This document shows positions 41,206-52,439 of a DNA stretch of 64,000 nucleotides, piece after piece. The DNA comes from Paraspadella gotoi. Lineage: Eukaryota; Animalia; Chaetognatha. The DNA lies in contig CM119271.1 in the NCBI GenBank assembly GCA_051294375.1, forward strand, positions 14,762,770 through 14,826,769, given 5' to 3'. The notes below the pieces were generated by a model. That model was given only the letters and a program-made list of their open reading frames with translations. It did not search any database and was not told the origin of the DNA. The stretch's first letter is position 1. Each line of letters starts with the position of its first letter. Made by a program: the position numbers and the translations under genes.

Positions 41206-42234
41206 TCACATGAGAGAGAGCGATCTATTTTTATTCCTGTTAATTCGTTGAAAAAAGGAGGTTCTCGCGCATTGACGCAGCAGCCCCAAAAAAGTAAAGG
41301 TCTGTCCGCCCTCGGGCCGTCCGTTGGGAATGCTCGTCTGAAAGAATCCCGCCAAATTGGCGAATTGCGAAACCCACTTTTCAAAGTTAACATTGAAAAA
41401 AGTCCGGGCGTGAGCGTCTTCCAATTCTGCAGGCTTGATGTCGGCCAGCGTTTTGCCAAACTCGTAGCAGGCGGACGTCGACAGGCGATTCTCGATGGTG
41501 CCGCGAGTGCAGGCGTTTTCCCCGCAGATGCTCTTCAACGCCTCCAACTTTTGAGGAGAGATTTTCGAGTTGAGGACAGAGACGACATCTTCCGCGTCGG
41601 AAGTGAGAGGGAGCGGATCGATGAGGGAAAGCGCCATGGGGTCTTGGCGAAGGGAAGAAGAACGACGCGGCGCTGGAGGTTGGCGCCGGCGACGAGTCTC
41701 GAAACCGGAACCACGGTCGACCATCTCCTCGATGTCGTCGTCGTCCTCCTCGGTCGGCGGAGTCTCTTGATGAGCCTCTCGAAAACCCAGTCCGCCATCG
41801 ACGCCGTTTTCGATCTTTACGAGTGGAGCGGCGTTGAATTTGAGTCGTTTCGACGGAGAAGGGAAGAGAGAGTCGCCAATCTCGCTTCTTTTTCGAAACG
41901 GCGCCGCTTCTCCGGCTCCGTTTAAATTAGGAAAGGCGTCTTCGTGAACGCGGCTCTGATCGAAGAATGTCTTGGGTTGCAAGGCGGAGACCGAGCCGTC
42001 GACGTCGTACTCGATCTCGTTGCCGACTGGGACGAGGGTCCCGCCCATGTAGGCGTCGCAAAGATGGCGCTTTCCCACGAATTTTCGTCCCTCTTGAGTC
42101 TCGACCAGAAGGAAGACGTTGGTGTCCGTCAAGCTGCCCATTCTGACGGCCATTTCCATCAAGATGCTGGTCAGGGAGTGTTCCAACTGCTGGAGCTGGT
42201 TGACCAGACCTAGGAGGCTGGAAGCCGTCGCCAT
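41206..42234 (-). CDS. Tandem family paralogue D, intronless
   Basis: Uninterrupted ORF from MATASSLLGLV; shares SIPNGRPEGGQTFTFLGLLRQCAR with paralogue C. Confidence 0.85.
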   Translation of the reverse strand: MATASSLLGLVNQLQQLEHSLTSILMEMAVRMGSLTDTNVFLLVETQEGRKFVGKRHLCDAYMGGTLVPVGNEIEYDVDGSVSALQPKTFFDQSRVHEDAFPNLNGAGEAAPFRKRSEIGDSLFPSPSKRLKFNAAPLVKIENGVDGGLGFREAHQETPPTEEDDDDIEEMVDRGSGFETRRRRQPPAPRRSSSLRQDPMALSLIDPLPLTSDAEDVVSVLNSKISPQKLEALKSICGENACTRGTIENRLSTSACYEFGKTLADIKPAELEDAHARTFFNVNFEKWVSQFANLAGFFQTSIPNGRPEGGQTFTFLGLLRQCARTSFFQRINRNKNRSLSLM

Positions 42235-42460
42235 GTTTAGTTTTGGTTTTATATTCAAAAAAATAACTGAGAAAAATAATGATTATAAAAAAGTGAATTA
42301 AAAATATTAAACTAAGTCGGGAATGAATAACGGGCGAATGATGAGCGCGAGTTTTTATTTAAAGGGGGGAGTGATATTCGTCACTGATATCACAGATACG
42401 AAAAACGTTTACAATTGACTAAAACAGTAAACAACTGGGAAGGCGGAGTTTAAAGACGTG

Positions 42461-44297
42461 TCACAAAAGAATCCGATACTTGACGCTTCTCGGGACCCGG
42501 TTGATGACGAGTCGACCATCGTAGCTGAGAGAGGCGAAGATCCAAGGATCCGCGACGGACCACTCGACGGCATAGACGGAATCCTCGTGCTCCTCGAAGG
42601 TGGAAACGACGCCGTCCTCGAGGGGGTCCGAGGATTTGCCCGAGGCGTCGAAGGAGTCGTCGGGATCGTTGGAGTCGTCGTCGATGTCGGAGGAGGCGGA
42701 ACCGGCTGGCTCTGAGGAGACGGAGGAGGCGTTGTGGAGAATCACGCGGGAATCGCTGATGAAAATAAAATGGAAAAAATCTCATTTGCATATAGCAGCA
42801 AAAAATTTTCTGTATGTTTACTTCATTTTTTACACAGTCACTGTTACACCGTTACTGTTCCTCCTTTAATGTTACCGTTTTTTCAACGTGTTAATACCGG
42901 TTTTGTTATGAATAAAAAAAACCAAAAAAAAGATGGAATCTTACCTGGACGAAGTCAGCAACAACTGATCATGAAAGCAATTGTACTTGACGGCCCAGAC
43001 CCAGTGGGAATGTTCGGCGACGGTCATCAGCGGGGCGTCAGTTTTTCGCACGTCCCAAAACTTGACCCGGCAATCGTCCCCGCAACTGGCCAGCACGTAC
43101 TGCTTGTTTGGATTAAAGTCCAAGTCTCTGATCGGCTGGGCATGGGCATTCTCGATCGCGTAGCTCTGCTTCATCGACCGGAGGTCCCAGCCGCGCAGGT
43201 GGGCGTCGTTGGCGGTGGCCACCTAGAAAGAGAGAGAGAGAGAAAGAGTCGATGGAATGAAATGAATTGAAATGATTTCCAGTTGGAATGACACAAAATG
43301 AAATGATTTCCAGTTGGAATGATATAAAATAAAACCATTTCCAGTTGCTACCTGCGTGGAATTGTGATGAGGGTTCCATTTTCCGGCGGCGAACTTGATC
43401 TGCCCTCGTCCTTCAAGGCGGCCGGAGGAGGCGGCGGAGGCGGAGGCGGAGGCGGCGGAGGCGACGGCGACGTCTAAAAGGACGACGCGATCGTCGACGA
43501 GAGCGACCATCTTCTCGTCGCCGGCGGGATGCCACAACGCCGCTGACACGGTGGAACCGAAGGAGACGGCGGCGTCGAGGTCGACGAGGCGCTGGAGTCC
43601 TGCGCCGCGGTCCGAAAACGAGTCGTCGTCGTTAAGCGTATCTTCCGCCTCGCCGTCGGCTCCGTGGCCGCTACCGCCGGGCACCCTGTACACCGTGGCC
43701 TTGGACTCCACCCGTCCCTCCACCACCCGGTCGCAGACGGCGACGAGGAGTTGGGCTCGAGTCGGCGACGGAGAGAGAATCCAGATTTCGCCGTCGTCGT
43801 GAGGGAAGACGGTTTTGTGGACGACGTTGGCGTCTTCGTCTAGTCGAGGAGATGAATCTGGGAGGGGGGGGGGTGGGGGGGTAAGAGAAAGTGAAAAAGA
43901 GATTGAGGTGGGTTTCTTGGCATAAGATAGGCTTCGGTCGGCAGCACTATGCAGAAGGCCAATGGTTCAGTTGAATAGGATGAGTTTGCAGTTTAGAACT
44001 ACAATATGTAAATAGGATTTAATCTCAATGAAAATAATCTTAAAGAATCATCTCTTACAGATACAAGAAGAGAAAAGAGAAAAAAAATAATTAGAAGTAG
44101 AAGAGAGTTGGGGAAAGGGGAATTTAGAGGGAGAGAGAGGGAGAGAAATAAAGGAAAGGAAATAGATGATGAACCTGATTTTCGCGCAGCGACTGAGTCC
44201 CGACGAAAAAGCGAACGACTTCCGTTTCCGCGCGTTGAGGCGCCATCGCGCGGGACGGAAATTCCAATCCGTAGATCACCGACGATTCCGGTTCCAT
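42461..44297 (-). CDS. EIPR1: EARP/GARP-interacting WD40 protein (TSSC1), 4 exons (44297-44175, 43857-43352, 43222-42945, 42755-42461); apparent 1-nt deletion near 43843
   Basis: [63 protein letters not shown] and [16 protein letters not shown]. Confidence 0.92.
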
Positions 44298-45952
44298 CCT
44301 TAGTTTTTTTCTTTAAAGTTTTATTAATTTTTTTTTAAATTTAGTAAACTCGACGTAAAGTCTTTCTGCCCATGTCTATACTTCATTCGAGGTTTATAAT
44401 CTAAAAAAAAACCGAAAAACAAAATACTAAAATTGAAAAAAAATATCTCATGAAGATATTCTAAATGCGGAGTTAGCGTAAGTATTTCTTATTAAAAGAA
44501 CGCTGGGTAAAAATAAAAAATTCGTTAAAATTCTAAAAGATCAAACGAAGACAATAAAATTCGGAAAATCGAAATATAATGAAAAAAAAACCAACTAAAA
44601 CACCGAAAACGGAAATAAATAAGAGAAGAAAACACGTCACGTTGTATTCAATTCATCGTTTAATTAATTAAAATTGAAGCGAAACATAAAAAAAATGTTA
44701 AAAACACCGAAAAAGGCCACGAGTGGAAAGAGTCGCGGAGGACGCCAACAAAAAAAAAAAAAAAGGGACAGCGTCACGACGGGAAAATATTCGTGACTTT
44801 AGCGGAATTACTTAGGGGGGGGGGAAGGGGAAATCTCAAATTCGATAAAAATGCTTGGTAACCTTTTGTGTTAGTTGTATGATCATTAACTAATATGAAT
44901 CAGAGAATACTGTCATTTTCTCTTTAAAAAATCGAATTATAATTAATAAAGCAAACTGAAATAAATTACTAATACACTTTGTCATATTTTGTTTAGCTAA
45001 TGCCGATTAATATTCATTTCGGAATAATGTATGGAATTTTCTTTTTGTAAAACGCTTTGACCTAAAAAAAGGATATGTTCTTTTTTACATATGCAATTAT
45101 TGATGGAAGCTTTTGAAAATCTTTTAACACCGGCTGAAGGACAACAACGAAGGAAAAGAATCGTCTTCCCCACTCGAGCGCCGTTCATGTCTAATCTTGC
45201 ACGATTGATCAGCGGAGAGAGAGAGAGAGAGAGCGTGCAAAACTACGTGCAAATGTAAATGACATTGTAAGTGCGAAATGGCAAAATCCGTGCGAAAATA
45301 GCCAATACTAAATGCCCCCATATCTTACGGGACGTCGCGGTCAAGCAAAACAAATATGTAGTAAAAAATTGTCATAATTTGCTCACGGGATTTCAAATTG
45401 GGACAACAATTTCATCTATAAATAAATAAGGCCAAAAAATAAAACCAGGACAACCCGTAAGAAAATTGTAAAACGCTTTCTAAGCCCGATGCGCAGCTAG
45501 AAGTAGATACGTATATTTATGCTTTTCCCAAAACTACTACATCTCCCCTTTAAAGTCTATTTATTCAAAACTGGAATAAAATCTTATGATTAGTTAAATG
45601 AAATAATATTGCGACTTGGTCGGTATAAACTCCGTTTAATAACTGTAAGCGAAAACAAAAAATATAAAGCCTTTGATAAAAATATATATCGATACGCTAA
45701 TAGAATACAATAAATAAACAAATACGCAAATCATCATCAAAGTCGCGTGAAAAAGAGGATCTACCCACCGAAAAAGTACGAATCGATCAAATGGTCACTG
45801 TTAAACGATGAGATTTTACAAGAGTGAAAGGAAGAGAAAAAAATAATCGAGGATGAACGTCGTCCCCTTAAAAGTAGGATTGATTGGATTGCATCTTTCT
45901 AACTCAAACTGACTTTTCTTAAAACTCTACAACCCAGTTGAAGCCCTAATCT

Positions 45953-48900
45953 TCAAACGACGGGCCCGTCTCCTGGATTAAACCCTCCGGCTCCACTTCC
46001 CACACCGCTCCCCTTCCCTTCTCCCTCCTTCAGCGTCCTCATCAGCTCCTGCACGGAGGCGTACTCTTCGTCCTCGCTGAAGTATTTGTGGAGTTGTCGA
46101 AAGGTGGGCCTTTGGCCCGGATCGTAGGACCAGCATTTGAGCATGACGTTGTAGGTCTTCTTGGGACATTTCTTGGGTCTCTCCAGTCGCTTGTTCTGAT
46201 CCAGGAAGACGACGACTTCGGCTCCGGAGGCGTTGCCGTAGGGTTGCTCCCCGAAGGAAAACATCTCCCAGAGGGTGACGCCGAAGGACCAAACGTCGGA
46301 GGCGTGGGAGAATGTCCCGTAGTTGATGGATTCGGGGGCGTACCTGGGGAACGGTGAGTAAATGGGGTTGGGGTTTTTACTTATTACTTAAGCTTATAAA
46401 TATTATTTCTTAATGCTTAAACTCGGGAGTTATGCAAAAATGACGACTAATTTGCTCTTTTTTGCTTGAAAAAAAAACGTAATTGACGATTGTATTCGTG
46501 CGATCTTAAGACGGTAAAGAAATGAAACAAATGATCAATCAACAAACAAATGATCAATCTCTTTCTCTTTACAAATTCTACTGCTTCGAGTTCGAAGCAA
46601 ATACAAAGAGCATATAATAATCAGATCGACAAATATCCAGAAAACGCCCTCAATTATGATAACCGCCCTTCCCCGCTACACACCGCACAAAGGACCGATT
46701 GTGAGCGCAAACTTTTAAATTTTCCTAACTCCTAACCGGCGCCGCGAATCTAGTCTGGCGCCGCCACAACGACCCCGTGATCTCACCACTTGACGGGCCA
46801 CCTTCCCCCAGTAAAGGATCGATAATAGTTGCTGTCGGCGCCGACGGCTCTCGACAGCCCAAAGTCGCTGATCTTGAGCTGCTTTCTCTCGTTAAGGAGG
46901 AGGTTGCGGGCGGCGAGGTCGCGGTGGACGAACCGCTTCGTCTCCAAGTACTGCATCCCGTAGGCCGTCTGAGCCGCCCACAGTTTCAGGTCTTTGTCTA
47001 CGTCGACGCGGTCCGGTCGGTCGAGGAGATAGTCGAGGACCGAACCCATAGAGACCAATTCCTGAATTAAGAATAATAATCGATATCAAAGCTTTAATTA
47101 AAAAATCAAAATCGGTTTTATACGAATTTTATTAAAGAAATTGTCGATTTTGTTCTCAGATTTCTCTAGAAATTCCCTTTCCCCCCCAAACCACTCACCT
47201 GCACCAACATGAGCGGCGGACCCTCGCAGACCCCGATGAGCCGGACGATACAAGGGTGGTCCAGCCCGGCCATGACCTTCGCCTCGCGTAGGAAGTCGTC
47301 CTTGGCGCGCGGTCCGGCGATCTGCTCCAGAAGAAGCGTTTTGATGGCCACGTCGACCACTTTTCCGTCAGGAGCCGCGTAGGTGCCTTGGAGGGAGAAT
47401 GTATGGGTTCATTTCATTTTTATTTTTGAGTGAATTAATTTTTAAAACAAAATTTTATTACATCATGATGTAGGCCTCGTCTCGGAGTATTTATGAGCAA
47501 AAAATGATAGGACTAGCTTCATTAATAACCGCGCTAGAGCAAATATTGTAAAATTTTTTTGGAATTTTTAAAAATCCGTCAAATGGGCAATAAAACTAAC
47601 ATCTGCATCTATTACTCAAAGCTGAGCTGATTCCAACTCCTAGTTTGAGGGATATCCACGCCCTCAACTTATTCATACCTTTATTCTTTTATTCCTTCAT
47701 TCATTCATTCATTTATTAAATCATTCATCCTCTAACCTTGTAGAACGGCCCCGAATTCCCCCTGACCGATCGTCTTGCCAGTCTTCAGCTTGGTGACTTC
47801 CAGCTGCACGTTTCGCAGCGAACTCGAGTTGGCTGCGCCGACGGATGAGACGCTGCTCTGCCGCGCCTTGGAGGAGGAAGAGGCCGAAGACGCCGGAGAA
47901 GACGACGCCGCGGACGGTCCTTTCCCGGCGCCGCCGGCGGGTGAGGCGCCGTTACTCGGTGATCCGTGCTGCGAGTGACGAGGCACCGGCGGCGGCGGGA
48001 TTTTCGGCGGCGGCTGTCGACGAGTCCGCCCGGATGTCGGGGGCAGCGGCGGCGGCGGCGCTGAAGAGGCGGCGGCGGATGGAGAGCCGTGGTGAGACTT
48101 GGACGGCGATGGAGACGGCGAGTGATGATGGGATCGATGATGATGAAAGGCGGGTGAAGCTGCGGGCGACTGAGTTTCTGCTGCTGCAGCGGCGGCGGCG
48201 GCGGCGATGTCCGGCGAGTCTCGATTGAGGCGAACGTTGGAGGAGACGACGGCGGGCACTGTCGGCGCCCGGAACGCGTCGTCAGGCGAGAGGTCTCCCA
48301 TCGAGGAGAGAGGTCTTGCGGCGTCGACGGCGGAGGCGAGATGATCCTCCACAGTTTTCTGCACGTAGTCGGGAATCAAGTCTCCGTTGAGCAGCGTCGT
48401 CCAGTCCAGATCCGCCGGCGTCGCGTTTCGATCCTTTTCCGGCGTCTCGGCGTCGGCTCGAGAAGGACGCCGACCTAAATCCAAGGCCAAGGGGTTGGGC
48501 ACGAGGCCGCGCCCTTCCTCGCACTCGGCCTTGTCGTAGGAGGCGTGGGACTCCGGCGCGACGGCGACCGCGAGGCGAGTGGGGAGACCGTCGGCGCGGA
48601 GCCAGTAGTGGTCGACGAGGTGCTCGAGGCTTTCGAAGAGGGGACCGTCGTCGATGAAGAAGAATCCGTCTCTGATTGAAAAAAAGTTAGATAAGCATTT
48701 CTTTTTTATTTTCTCTCCCTTTTTCGCATTTGCATTTTGCAATCGTCGTTGTGATAACAACCTTACATCAGTTTTAAAGTTGTGAACTTGAACAAGAAAA
48801 AATAATATGATAGTAAACAAATAGGATACAAAAAAAATATTAACTCAAATCAAACGTCCAACGATTCTTGAGCGATAAGAAACGATTTGTGATAGTGAAG

Positions 48901-50605
48901 GCCAGACAAATATCAAAAGATCAAATTTGCATCCCAATCTTCTCCTATGATCCATCCTATTCTCTCCCACCTGTTCTGAATCTCGTAGTTATACGACGTG
49001 CCCTTCCACGCCATCGAGAGGACGAAGGTGGTGGCGCGCTTCTGCGAGGATCGCCTGACGAGAAAGAGGCCGTCGGCGCCGCCGAAGCGCTCCAGCGCTG
49101 AGATGGCGCCCTGTCGATCGAGCGTGGCGTGGAACCAGTCGGCGCGGGAGGATCGAGGAGAGGGCGACTTGTAGGATTCCAGAAGACGAACGACTTCGGG
49201 ATGGCGATCCGCGAGGGCGAGGGGCGTTTCTTCGCGGTCGGTGCGAGGCCGGAGTGGGGCCTGGAAGATATAATTAAAAACATTGTAGAATATTGTCACG
49301 GAGTCTTTCAACACCCTTCAACATCCCCTCGACTCACCTGCAACGCGAGCAACACCTTGACGCAGTCCAGATGCCCGTGAGACGCCGCCTCGTGCAGAGG
49401 GACCCACCCATTGAGCGGGCATCTCTCCTGCACGTCGGCGCCGCCTTGAACGATGAGGATGTAGACTGTGGCGGGTCGGTTGCCAGCGCAGGCGCGCTGC
49501 AGCGGCGTGCAGCCGGTGGCGTCCTTGATCTCCACGTCGGCGCCCGCCTGCAAGAGCTGCACCACGAGGCCGTTGTAGCCGTGGTAAGAGGCGTCGTGGA
49601 GCGCCGTCGATCCAGCCGCGTTCTTTTCGTTCACGTCGGGTCGAAGCGGATCTGAAAGCGAATATTGTAATTTATATATTGTATTATTTTATATATATAC
49701 AATTTATATATTGTAATTTGCATATTGTTGTTGGGGAAAATATTTTAAAATAATTTTGTTATTTAAGACCTCATTCCCTGTCAGATAATAATGATGTTGA
49801 AAGTTTTTAATAAAAAATCTGTCATGTCAAGTTGACTCAAAGAGTACTTGGCATTTTTTTATAAAGAACTACAAGAAGACTAGGGTTGTGGCGGATTTAA
49901 CAACAGAGATTAGGGATGTCATACAACTTCAAAATATTTGTCTATTAACTGTTGCTAATGACCTTTGTCCTTCATTTATCGAATACTTTTTCTTAATGCT
50001 TATTGCTTACCCTCTAATATCCTAGACACGAGCAATGAGTTCCCCTCCAATATGGCCCTGTGCAGAGAGTTGGTCCGCCCAAACCGACGGGCGAAGTGGG
50101 GCGGCGGATCCTCGACAGCAAAGGTAGTAAGCTGGCAGGGCAAGCCGTGAGGTGCTTGTCGGTAGAAGTCGACCAGCTGATCCAGCCCGTGCTTGATGGG
50201 TCCGTCCTCCAATGCAAAGTAGATCCCGCCCCAGAGGATCTGGAAATGCTGGACGGTGTCGCCGCCAGTTGTGAGGCTGAGCACGAAGTCGCCCGGCGTG
50301 GAGGAACAGTCGCGGATTAGAAAGTGACCGCTGCCGTGGGCGCCGCCGCTGCCCGCCTTCAGTCGGGCTTCGGCCTTTTCTCGACTGGCGGCGCCGTGGT
50401 ACCAAGAGATGCGGCGGTTGTCCTCGGCCGCTTTGAGTTGATCTTCGGCCAAGAGGTCGCCGAGGCTGAGATGCTGGAGTCCCTCGGAGACTGAGGCCAC
50501 GTCGCGGACGCTGCCGCCGCCGGAGCCGCCGAAGACTTCCGAGTAGTCGCCGATCTGCGGCGGCTTCGTCGTCTTGAGATGCTTGAGACGTTTACGGGAC
50601 ATCAT
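45953..50605 (-). CDS. Shark: Shark/HTK16 tyrosine kinase (SH2-ankyrin-SH2-kinase), 7 exons (50605-50011, 49651-49338, 49260-48971, 48671-47737, 47386-47199, 47061-46787, 46343-45953)
   Basis: SH2 (WYHG..FLIRD), ankyrin repeats (TALHDA, VPLHEAA), a second SH2 (WFHATLDR..GLFLVRRS) and a kinase domain (HRDLAARN, DFGLSRA, GGRWPVKW|YAPESINYG). Confidence 0.93.
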
Positions 50606-51496
50606 CTTGACGCCGTGGAGGAGTCGGCCACGCCCACCTTTTTATTTTTTTCCCTTTTAAACTTAGAAACTTTTTAGGTCATGGAATTTCGGTCATGGTT
50701 GACGGATTTTGGTTTGTCTTTTTTTGTTCGTTCACTCAAAATTTTTTTGTGAAGGGTGACATTTTTCTTGGTTTTGTCTTCACATTTTTTCCCCCACAAC
50801 TGGATTGAATAAAATAAATTCATGAATCAATTTTTATATTTTTGTCAATTTCAGCAAAATAGGGGAAAAAGAAATTAAAACGTGGAATCAAAAACTTACA
50901 ACATAAAATGAGTTGTGAAGTTTAAAACTACTTCCCCCACGCGCATGCGAACGACTTCGATACGTCACACAAAACGAAGCACACGACTCCAGAGACGCAA
51001 CGGATTAAAAAGAACCAATTAAGACTACGAAGAGGTTAAAAATCCCAGGGTTTTTTTTTTATATTGTGAGTCAACAGCATCGCCGACGGACCATGATTAT
51101 CGAAAAAAATTAAAAGGTAGCGCAACTGGAAATTTAATAACGGCGCAACAGAAATAAGGGGAGAAGCGAGACTTTTCTTTTTCGTTCAAAAAGTCAATGA
51201 TGGTAAAGTTTTTATAAGAAGCCTGGACTGTAGTAACTGTACTGTAGTAACTGTACTGTAGTAAATGTACTGTAGTAACTGTACTGTAGTAACTTTCTTC
51301 TTCTCGCTTTTCTCCACCGAATTCCAGTTGCGCCGAATAAAAAAAAAAAAAAGACGAGACGATTGACGCGAACCAACAACAACAACAACAACCAGACTGG
51401 CTAATCGTCTTTCTTATTTCCTCCAGCAAAAATTCTTTTTCGTCAACATGAAGGAAATAAAAAAAAAGTCATTTTCCTCTCGACTTTTCGACTGTG

Positions 51497-51904
51497 TTAC
51501 GCCCCCGCGTCGGATCTGTACTTCCAGACCAAAAAGGCGATGACGCCGAGAATGATGGGAACGGCGACGGCCCAGAGCGGCGTCGACTCCGCGTCTCTCC
51601 TTGCGCGGACGTCGGCGGCTCGAGCGGCGGCCCGGGTCGCCGGGTCTTCCCTCTCCACTCGATCTTCGGGCGCGAGGTCGCCGATCTTGAAGTCGGCCAA
51701 CATGGAGCGAGCGTCTTCGGAGTGGCCGACGTCTTCGAAGGATTCGGTGGCGACGTCGCCGGCCACGTCGAGGAGCACCTCTTCGCCCCCGGGATGCTCA
51801 GCGAGGAACTTGGTCACGTCGTAGACTTGATTGTGGAGGACGATCCAAACCGAGTCGCGCTCCTTGTGCTGCTCCACCTCCTTCAGGCTGATCACGCGCG
51901 ACAT
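51497..51904 (-). CDS. CYB5: Cytochrome b5, single exon, tail-anchored
   Basis: VYDVTKFLAEHPGGEEVL..ATESFEDVGHS heme-binding motif and a C-terminal TM helix. Confidence 0.95.
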   Translation of the reverse strand: MSRVISLKEVEQHKERDSVWIVLHNQVYDVTKFLAEHPGGEEVLLDVAGDVATESFEDVGHSEDARSMLADFKIGDLAPEDRVEREDPATRAAARAADVRARRDAESTPLWAVAVPIILGVIAFLVWKYRSDAGA

Positions 51905-52439
51905 TCTCGATGACGTCGTCGACGATCGGGAAGAAAATAAAGGTCGGAGGCTTCCGCGAGTTTTTGTCTGGAAGAGTCGCCCCTTTTTATCGGATTTAGA
52001 AATTGATGTGAAATTAACAAAATATGGACGGAAAATATAAAAGTACTCTGTATTTCTCTGAGTAATAACAGTTTAATAACAAAAACGATAACGGTTCGGA
52101 CTATACCGTCGAAAAAAATAACCATAGCAATAAAGATTCGTTAAAAAAAAAAACATATCCTCACGAAATATTTCATTTCAATAATCAGGAATGAACAAAG
52201 CTAAAAAGGGCTATTCCGGTGAGTGCAACGAATGTATTAAAATCACCCGGTAGAACGCTAAATTTTCCGTAATCGTGTAAAAAAGTAAGGAATGCGGAAG
52301 AAAAGAGAGAAAAGTTAATCGGATTTCGATGACGACTTTTTCCGAGGAATAATCGATCTCCTCGCGTTTCCTTAAGTTTTGACTTTTTTTTTGGGGAGAA
52401 GAAAAAATGTTGTACTCTTTGAGGATTTTTGGGTTTCGA

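Noticed and set aside
51228-51292. Short tandem repeats (CTGTAGTAACTGTA here; GGCTTGGATAACA x3 near 36676; AAATGATTTCCAGTTGGAATGA near 43270)
   Set aside because: They look like ordinary slippage repeats with no evidence of function.
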